Part shown: positions 1-4,914 of the stretch, piece after piece | Layout of the letters: the number at the start of each line of letters is the position of its first letter | How positions within the stretch are numbered: position 1 is the stretch's first letter | IMG/VR virus record: IMGVR_UViG_2734482547_000011 | Source: a virus | Lineage: Duplodnaviria; Heunggongvirae; Uroviricota; Caudoviricetes | DNA: 4,914 nt | Direction: 5' to 3' (one strand) | Position numbers and translations under genes: made by a program | The notes under the pieces: generated by a model | The model's database searches: none | What the model saw: the letters and a program-made list of their open reading frames with translations, nothing else | What the model was told of the DNA's origin: nothing

Positions 1-25
1 GGGAAAAATATCATCAGATGGCTGC

Positions 26-214
26 TTAAAAAAAGAACAAATGGTAGTGTCCGCTATTGCCAGTACACCTCAGGGTATAAGGGGTTATGGCCACCGGACT
101 ACCAAACGGCTGCCAGCCCTCTTTCAGTTTATGTGTCAGCTTTTCCGCAAGATCTGACGGCGGCGCCGCCCTGACAACATCATAGTGTTTAAATGCCATG
201 GTTCTTTCCACCAT
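26..214 (-). CDS. Small hypothetical phage protein (57-62 aa); possibly a conserved small lambdoid-prophage family, family name not confirmed
   Basis: ORF in six-frame track (MVERTMAFKHYDVVRAAPPSDLAEKLTHKLKEGWQPFGSPV...). An internal ATG at 197-199 (MAFKHYDV...) is preceded by GGTGGAAAG, a plausible SD, so the true start may be there. GC content is host-like, unlike the AT-rich DNA just upstream. Family assignment is from memory only. Confidence 0.45.
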   Translation of the reverse strand: MVERTMAFKHYDVVRAAPPSDLAEKLTHKLKEGWQPFGSPVAITPYTLRCTGNSGHYHLFFF

Positions 215-229
215 CTGAAAAATAATTCT
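212..229. repeat. Direct repeat copy 1: CATCTGAAAAATAATTCT
   Basis: Matches 366-383 (CATCAGAAAAATAATTCT) at 17 of 18 positions, with a 13-bp exact core GAAAAATAATTCT; seen directly in the sequence. Confidence 0.6.
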
Positions 230-365
230 TTAAAATACCTGACATGTAATACAGAAAAAACACAAAACCATACCTTAAATAAAAACCTGATTATCAAGCA
301 GATATGCATGGATAAACTACAAGACGAGATATAAACCACCCTGCATTTAAATAAACAATAAACAA

Positions 366-383
366 CATCAGAAAAATAATTCT
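366..383. repeat. Direct repeat copy 2: CATCAGAAAAATAATTCT
   Basis: Second copy of the 18-bp direct repeat, lying just upstream of the candidate promoter of the 460-795 ORF. Confidence 0.6.
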
Positions 384-390
384 GCTCTAT

Positions 391-420
391 GGTTTACATT
401 CAAAAATATCATTTATACTT
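391..420 (+). promoter_or_regulatory. Candidate sigma70-like promoter for the 460-795 ORF
   Basis: TTTACA at 393-398 and TATACT at 414-419 with a 15-bp spacer (shorter than the optimal 17), in AT-rich DNA about 40 bp upstream of the ORF start. Sequence reading only. Confidence 0.25.
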
Positions 421-459
421 TTCAGAACATCACCAGCAAGGCATAAACAAGGAAACTAA

Positions 460-795
460 ATGAAGTGGATTGTGATTGATACAGTTATCCAGCCATCATG
501 CGGAATATCTTTTTCAGTCATATGGAGTAAAATAAAATTAATAATCTGGTATCAATCGGATGCTTTCTTACCTCCTGAAAGTATATTTACACTGACTCAC
601 ACAGGCATCATGCTCAATAACAAAGTGCTACCTGTAACCATTTACAACGTAGTACCATTCAATAAAACATTCTGGAATTCAATCAAAAATAGCCAGGAAT
701 GCCCTACAAATACAGATAACGTATTGAATGAATGCTTTAATAACCGTTGCACTCTGCAAATATGTCCTTATGGACTAAAACAACAAAGTCCATAA
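460..795 (+). CDS. Hypothetical orphan protein, 111 aa, AT-rich, with a Cys-containing C-terminal region (moron-like cargo gene)
   Basis: 336-nt ORF in roughly 30-35% GC DNA, where stop codons are frequent, so an open frame of this length is unlikely by chance. AAGGA lies 7 nt upstream of the ATG. It is transcribed opposite to the phage late operon. A perfect 20-bp palindrome follows 36 nt after the stop. The C-terminus has 4 Cys ([26 protein letters not shown]). I recognise no family. Confidence 0.45.
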   Translation: MKWIVIDTVIQPSCGISFSVIWSKIKLIIWYQSDAFLPPESIFTLTHTGIMLNNKVLPVTIYNVVPFNKTFWNSIKNSQECPTNTDNVLNECFNNRCTLQICPYGLKQQSP

Positions 796-830
796 GGAGT
801 TTACTCACATCTGACAAAATCAATATAAAC

Positions 831-850
831 AGCCCCTCCGGAGAGGGGCT
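831..850 (-). terminator. Perfect 20-bp palindrome AGCCCCTCCGGAGAGGGGCT (8-bp GC-rich stem, 4-nt loop); possible terminator or insulating hairpin
   Basis: Arms are exact reverse complements. On the minus strand the hairpin is followed by GTTTATATTGATTTTG (T-rich); on the plus strand there is no T-run. It sits between convergent transcription units. Confidence 0.35.
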
Positions 851-1242
851 GGAGAGTGGCGCTATGTGCCATTGCATGGTGCCGGGTGCCTCCCGGTGAA
901 TTCAGTACCAGCACCTGAATCCGCGATTATCCCATATACCTACTCGCTGATTGCCCCTCCGCACAGGGGGATTCACCATGCCAGTTTCTTTTAACAAACT
1001 CCCCGCAAACCAGACAACAGTCAACCGCCTGAATTGTGAAGTATTTAAAAATTTCTCCCGCTAACTGATACCCGGCTAACAGTCTGGCGTTTTCTTTTTC
1101 AGCAACGGGAAAGCAACAACCACCACACCCGCCACCAGCACACCGTCAGCCAGCACTGACATTATCCGGCTGCTGCAATGCCATTCACAAAAACAGTAAG
1201 CAATCACTTTTTACCGTAACAGGTGATAATCCAGATATGTAT

Positions 1243-1596
1243 CTACCCCAGATGAGTAATCCGAAGTTCATCCATACCACAGGTCCTGGCTATTCTGTTG
1301 TACTCCTGAACAAGAGCAAATAATTCTGAATTAGCAACCATGAACTCATCGCAAACCCTCTGTATAGCATCACTATTCAGAATAATAACGTCTCTTCCCG
1401 AAAGACGATCAGGAGTACAGAACAAAACTGTCAAACGGCTGAAGGCCTTTGCTCGTGCTGCATTGACTATATCAATACGCTGCCTAAGGATGAAACACCC
1501 CGACGCCTCATCAATATTCACTCTACCCACACCATATGAATGATAAATATTTAATGCTGAAAAAACCATTAGACCGTATAACAAACACTCAATCAA
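1243..1596 (-). CDS. Doubtful ORF (117 aa from a TTG start, 108 aa from the first ATG); hypothetical or degraded
   Basis: ORF track only. The start codon at 1596 is TTG, there is no convincing SD before either TTG or the first ATG (1567-1569), and I recognise no family. It occupies the position where stx-phages carry cargo. Confidence 0.2.
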   Translation of the reverse strand: MIECLLYGLMVFSALNIYHSYGVGRVNIDEASGCFILRQRIDIVNAARAKAFSRLTVLFCTPDRLSGRDVIILNSDAIQRVCDEFMVANSELFALVQEYNRIARTCGMDELRITHLG

Positions 1597-1706
1597 TACT
1601 TAACAGAACTTTTATTTTTGACAAACATAAAATATTTTCAACAATATCCTGAGCCAGGTATATTTCAGTATAAGGCTCTGCCGGAAGGAATCTGGAAGAA
1701 TGAATA

Positions 1707-1783
1707 TGGCGCGCTGTACTGGATTCGAACCAGTGACCGATTGCTTAGAAGGCAATTGCTCTGTCCGGCTGAGCTAACAACGC
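1707..1783 (-). tRNA. tRNA-Arg (anticodon UCU), phage-encoded argU-like
   Basis: Minus-strand sequence GCGTTGT-TA-GCTC-AGCCGGACA-GAGC-A-ATTGC-CTTCTAA-GCAAT-CGGTC-ACTGG-TTCGAAT-CCAGT-ACAGCGC-G-CCA folds as a canonical cloverleaf: 7-bp acceptor stem (one G:U), TTCGAAT T-loop, anticodon loop CT-TCT-AA, encoded CCA. Confidence 0.85.
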
Positions 1784-1796
1784 TGAATACCGATAA

Positions 1797-1876
1797 TGGA
1801 CCGCCATCGGGGACCCGCCCCCGCACCAACAACCCTGTTATCGTGTCGTCTGCTCTTCCTGATAAGCTAATGGCGG
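1797..1876 (-). tRNA. Degenerate tRNA-like element (possible tRNA pseudogene at the middle position of the cluster)
   Basis: Perfect 7-8-bp acceptor-like pairing (ACCGCCAT...ATGGCGGT) followed by CCA, and a D-arm-like TAGCTTATCAGGAAGAGC, but no canonical anticodon stem-loop and no GTTCRANYC T-loop (GGGGCGGGTCCCC instead). About 4 nt longer than a standard tRNA. Confidence 0.3.
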
Positions 1877-1883
1877 TTTGTGA

Positions 1884-1959
1884 TGGTGGCCCTTGCTGGA
1901 TTTGAACCAGCGACCTGGCGATTATGAGTCGCTCGCTCTCACCACTGAGCTAAAGGGCC
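1884..1959 (-). tRNA. tRNA with CAU anticodon, most similar to tRNA-Ile2 (lysidine, reads AUA)
   Basis: Minus-strand GGCCCTT-TA-GCTC-AGTGGTGA-GAGC-G-AGCGA-CTCATAA-TCGCC-AGGTC-GCTGG-TTCAAAT-CCAGC-AAGGGCC-A-CCA; canonical cloverleaf with one A:C mismatch closing the anticodon stem. Closely resembles my recollection of E. coli ileX. A tRNA-Met assignment cannot be excluded from sequence alone. Confidence 0.8.
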
Positions 1960-1961
1960 GG

Positions 1962-1998
1962 GAGCAGAATAATAACGGTCCGTAATTAATTCCGCAAT
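1962..1998 (-). promoter_or_regulatory. Weak candidate promoter in front of the tRNA cluster
   Basis: On the minus strand: TTGCGG, 17-nt spacer, TATTAT, then 9 nt to the mature tRNA 5' end. The -35 hexamer is poor (3 of 6) and overlaps the terminator U-tract. Confidence 0.2.
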
Positions 1999-2022
1999 AA
2001 AAAACCCGCTCGGCGGCGGGTT
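1997..2022 (-). terminator. Rho-independent terminator downstream of the Q-like gene (tR'-like position)
   Basis: Minus strand reads AACCCGC-CGCCGA-GCGGGTT followed by TTTTTTATTG: a GC-rich 5-7-bp stem plus a six-T run, about 40 nt after the Q-like stop codon. Confidence 0.6.
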
Positions 2023-2061
2023 GTAGAAACTCTTCTAACGTCAGGCATAAAACGCCCATAG

Positions 2062-2916
2062 TTATGACGAATTTACCACAGATTCCGGAAAAATCAACCT
2101 AGTTACCTTTTTTAACTGCCGCTCAGCCCATGCTTCTTCAATATCAAACCGAGTCACCAGCGCATCATAGAATTTCTTAACTGTTTTTTCCCATGACGCG
2201 CGTGTTATCTGGTTTGTCACCTCGCATATAGCATTAAATGCCTCCGTTGATGGTAGTCTTTCATAGCCACGACCACCACAACGCTGGCAGTCTCTGATAA
2301 CAGGCATACCACGTTTTACCGACTCTTCACGATGAATGGCGACACCACGCCCACGGCAATCCTTACAGGCGGTGGAAACCTCACCCTTTCCGCCACACTC
2401 CGGACAGGCAACTTTTACCACCTCCCTGACTTTTTTCCATTCTTCCCAGTAAGACGGATACACACCTTTCGTACACTTTGCCCATACCGGCGGCTTACCA
2501 TCCGGATACTGGACCTTGTTTGTAAAAACTACGCTTTCAATAAATTTTTCCCCATAGCAACAAGGGCACTGCTTTTTACTCGCTGCGCTGCGGGCATAAT
2601 CCTCAAAAGCGTACGAAGCCATAATGCGCATCACTACCGGTTTTATTTCTGCCGGAAGTTTTCTCAACGCCGCCACACGATCGCACCGACTGAGTGCATA
2701 ATCTGCCAGTAATTCTGTTGCCCGCGCCCTGTCATTCATACTGATGCCCATTTTCCCCAGGAACGCAGAAAACCCCATCTCAGCCCGATTCTGTGTCATG
2801 CCCTGCGCGGCCATCACATCAGTGATACTCAGCGCATCTTTTGACGTTGAGGCCGATGCATCGGTCAGGCAAGGGGATTTTGGGGAGTAGTATTTCGGTA
2901 AATCTTCCAGTTTCAT
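2062..2916 (-). CDS. Phage late-gene antitermination protein Q-like, 284 aa, with three CxxC-G-x-G zinc-knuckle motifs
   Basis: Canonical ATG with a 4-nt ATGA overlap onto the rusA stop. Position (after rusA, before terminator and tRNA cluster) matches lambdoid Q. Motifs CPECGGKG, CKDCRGRG and CQRCGGRG indicate a zinc-binding domain. Functional call is from gene order and recalled family features, not a search. Confidence 0.6.
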   Translation of the reverse strand: MKLEDLPKYYSPKSPCLTDASASTSKDALSITDVMAAQGMTQNRAEMGFSAFLGKMGISMNDRARATELLADYALSRCDRVAALRKLPAEIKPVVMRIMASYAFEDYARSAASKKQCPCCYGEKFIESVVFTNKVQYPDGKPPVWAKCTKGVYPSYWEEWKKVREVVKVACPECGGKGEVSTACKDCRGRGVAIHREESVKRGMPVIRDCQRCGGRGYERLPSTEAFNAICEVTNQITRASWEKTVKKFYDALVTRFDIEEAWAERQLKKVTRLIFPESVVNSS

Positions 2917-3287
2917 TTTTTGACCTGCTCTTCATGCATTATGGGGTAAATCTTCACCCCCAGACGTCCACCAGATACTGGCTGACCACGAACGATATTG
3001 ATTTCATCAAACTGCTCATCGTCCATTAACACTCCCGCATGTGTCAGTGCATCCAGTGGTGCTTTCAGGATATTGTCCAGGTCACGACGGCGCTTATCCG
3101 GTGGCTCTGCAATAATCTTTATCGCCAGTCTTCCGGACAGGCTTAATTTCAGTCGCTGCTGACGGACAATAAGCGCCACATCCCGGCGATAACGCTCACC
3201 GGCTTTTGATACAAAATATGTGTTGTCACGACGTCGCCAGTAAGTATTCACCGTCGGCGGATAAGGTAAAATAAACTCATGGCGCAT
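2913..3287 (-). CDS. rusA: RusA-family Holliday junction resolvase (crossover junction endodeoxyribonuclease)
   Basis: 124 aa. Blocks LPYPPTVNTYWRRR, VSKAGERYRRDVALIV, PDKRRRDLDNILKAPLDALTHAGVLMDDEQF and SGGRLGVKI align with recalled E. coli RusA (LPWPPSNNRYYR..., [40 protein letters not shown]). Start ATG overlaps the upstream stop (TGATG). Confidence 0.88.
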   Translation of the reverse strand: MRHEFILPYPPTVNTYWRRRDNTYFVSKAGERYRRDVALIVRQQRLKLSLSGRLAIKIIAEPPDKRRRDLDNILKAPLDALTHAGVLMDDEQFDEINIVRGQPVSGGRLGVKIYPIMHEEQVKK

Positions 3288-3544
3288 CAGCGCAGCACCT
3301 CCTGCACCAGTTTTTCAAACTTTCCGACTCTGGTTTCCAGCTCTGCCACACAGTCCACCAGCTCATCTACTGCTTTCTGTGCGCGATGCTTCGCCTGCAT
3401 CAGTTCCCGAAGCGCGGGTACCATATCTTTACGGATAGCGTCTTTTGTTATGCCCGTTTTTTCGAGTTGTTCAGCATGACGCAGCATTTCCTGCGCGTGT
3501 TTACGCAATTGTTCAGGGGTAAAAGTCATTGTCTGGTTGTTCAA
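3287..3544 (-). CDS. Hypothetical nin-region phage protein, 80-85 aa, predicted helical or coiled-coil
   Basis: ORF track. Start is either TTG at 3542-3544 (GGAG about 9 nt upstream) or ATG at 3527-3529 (MTFTPEQ...). Its stop overlaps the rusA start, indicating one operon. Family not recognised. Confidence 0.55.
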   Translation of the reverse strand: MNNQTMTFTPEQLRKHAQEMLRHAEQLEKTGITKDAIRKDMVPALRELMQAKHRAQKAVDELVDCVAELETRVGKFEKLVQEVLR

Positions 3545-3664
3545 AAGAAACGCTCCATCTTACTGCTGTCAGTTCGTTTATTACTGTATCTGCGCGGATT
3601 GCCGGGCTTCATGGGAGTGGAAAGCACCCGTGCACTTTCCTGGTCCACAGGCAGAAAATGTCCG

Positions 3665-3820
3665 TAGACTGGCCCCCTGAATCTCCAGACAACCAGTATC
3701 ACTTAAATAAGTGATAGTCTTAATACTAGTTTTTAGACTAGTCATTGGAGTACAGATGATTGATGTCTTAGGGCCGGAGAAACGCAGACGGCGTACCACA
3801 CAGGAAAAGATCGCAATTGT
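3665..3820 (+). mobile_element. IS2 left-end fragment (156 bp: terminal inverted repeat plus the first ~21 codons of insC), truncated
   Basis: Identical over 156 bp to the IS2 end at 4374-4529 (TAGACTGGCCCCCTGAATCTCCAGACAACC...), then diverges at 3821. Confidence 0.85.
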
Positions 3821-4143
<323 letters not shown>

Positions 4144-4373
4144 NNNNNNNNNNNNNNNNNNNNNNNNNNNNNNNNNNNNNNNNNNNNNNNNNNNNNNNNN
4201 NNNNNNNNNNNNNNNNNNNNNNNNNNNNNNNNNNNNNNNNNNNNNNNNNNNNNNNNNNNNNNNNNNNNNNNNNNNNNNNNNNNNNNNNNNNNNNNNNNNN
4301 NNNNNNNNNNNNNNNNNNNNNNNNNNNNNNNNNNNNNNNNNNNNNNNNNNNNNNNNNNNNNNNNNNNNNNNNN
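4144..4373. other. Assembly gap (230 N)
   Basis: Uninterrupted run of N; the flanking sequences are both IS-derived repeats. Confidence 0.99.
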
Positions 4374-4464
4374 TAGACTGGCCCCCTGAATCTCCAGACA
4401 ACCAGTATCACTTAAATAAGTGATAGTCTTAATACTAGTTTTTAGACTAGTCATTGGAGTACAG

Positions 4465-4830
4465 ATGATTGATGTCTTAGGGCCGGAGAAACGCAGACGG
4501 CGTACCACACAGGAAAAGATCGCAATTGTTCAGCAGAGCTTTGAACCGGGGATGACGGTCTCCCTCGTTGCCCGGCAACATGGTGTAGCAGCCAGCCAGT
4601 TATTTCTCTGGCGTAAGCAATACCAGGAAGGAAGTCTTACTGCTGTCGCCGCCGGAGAACAGGTTGTTCCTGCCTCTGAACTTGCTGCCGCCATGAAGCA
4701 GATTAAAGAACTCCAGCGCCTGCTCGGCAAGAAAACGATGGAAAATGAACTCCTCAAAGAAGCCGTTGAATATGGACGGGCAAAAAAGTGGATAGCGCAC
4801 GCGCCCTTATTGCCCGGGGATGGGGAGTAA
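4465..4830 (+). CDS. insC: IS2 transposase OrfA (InsC), 121 aa
   Basis: Translation [56 protein letters not shown]... matches recalled IS2 InsC. True start is the ATG at 4465, not the upstream ATG at 4420 used in the ORF track. Confidence 0.9.
4782..4788 (+). promoter_or_regulatory. Programmed -1 ribosomal frameshift site A_AAA_AAG (IS2 OrfA to OrfAB)
   Basis: The heptamer A AAA AAG is in the insC zero frame, and the -1 frame continues open as [42 protein letters not shown] (InsD N-terminus). Confidence 0.8.
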
Positions 4831-4914
4831 GCTTAGTCAGCCGTTGTCTCCGGGTGTCGCGTGCGCAGTTGCACGTCATTCTCAGACGAACCGATGACTG
4901 GATGGATGGCCGCC
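4788..4914 (+). CDS. insD: IS2 transposase OrfB (InsD), N-terminal part; 3' end outside the window
   Basis: The -1 frame relative to insC is open from 4788 to the window end, and the translation matches the recalled InsD N-terminus. Confidence 0.8.

Larger units (their letters stand above)
4374..4914 (+). mobile_element. IS2 (IS3 family), left end through insC into insD; continues beyond the window
   Basis: Begins exactly at the IS2 terminal sequence TAGACTGGCCCC..., followed by insC and the insD start with the characteristic A6G slippery site. Confidence 0.9.

Noticed and set aside
136-339. 67-aa minus-strand ORF overlapping the 26-214 gene and the AT-rich intergenic region
   Set aside because: Overlaps the more plausible 26-214 frame, has a low-complexity hydrophobic translation from AT-rich DNA, and no RBS.
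1340-1543. 67-aa plus-strand ORF
   Set aside because: Antisense to the (already doubtful) 1243-1596 frame, no SD, composition not protein-like.
1243-1706. Shiga toxin genes at the canonical post-tRNA position
   Set aside because: No frame in either strand resembles StxA as I recall it (MKIIIFRVLTFFFVIFSVNVVA...), and no long ORF is present; stx appears absent.
1618-1905. 95-aa plus-strand ORF
   Set aside because: Runs antisense straight through the tRNA-Arg and the tRNA-like element; an artefact of the tRNA cluster.
2332-3029. Plus-strand ORFs 2332-2712 and 2841-3029
   Set aside because: Antisense within the Q-like and rusA coding regions, which have far better support.
3279-3714. Plus-strand ORFs 3279-3479, 3386-3667 and 3529-3714
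   Set aside because: Antisense to the 85-aa gene or spanning the IS2 terminal repeat; no RBS; Ser/Cys-rich low-complexity translations.
3581-3799. 72-aa minus-strand ORF crossing the IS2 inverted repeat
   Set aside because: Its start lies inside IS2 antisense sequence; only the part outside IS2 (3581-3664) could be a remnant of an interrupted gene, and about 28 open codons is weak evidence.
4420-4464. N-terminal extension of insC ([15 protein letters not shown]...) in the ORF track
   Set aside because: Known IS2 InsC begins MIDVLG at the ATG at 4465; the extension lies in the terminal repeat region.
4530-4800. Minus-strand ORFs 4530-4757 and 4600-4800
   Set aside because: Antisense within insC; no support.

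Overview
This window reads as the late-regulatory end of a lambdoid prophage on the minus strand, interrupted upstream by insertion sequences. Running from high to low coordinates on the minus strand: an intact IS2 left end with insC and the start of insD (4374-4914, + strand), a 230-bp run of N (4144-4373), the 3' part of an IS21-family element with an IstB C-terminus (3821-4143), and a second, truncated IS2 left end (3665-3820). Then come three translationally coupled phage genes: an 85-aa hypothetical (3287-3544), a RusA-type Holliday-junction resolvase (2913-3287) and a 284-aa Q-like antiterminator with three CxxC zinc knuckles (2062-2916). These are followed by an intrinsic terminator, a tRNA-Ile2(CAU)-like gene, a degenerate tRNA-like element and a tRNA-Arg(UCU). 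Downstream of the tRNAs, at the position where Shiga-toxin phages carry stx, there is instead about 1.7 kb of poorly coding, partly very AT-rich DNA. The most interesting candidate is an opposite-strand, AT-rich 111-aa orphan ORF (460-795) with its own ribosome-binding site, a possible promoter and a perfect palindrome just downstream. The region also holds a cluster of GC-rich hairpins, two small ORFs and an 18-bp direct repeat. All identifications rest on reading the sequence and recalled family features; no database search was possible.
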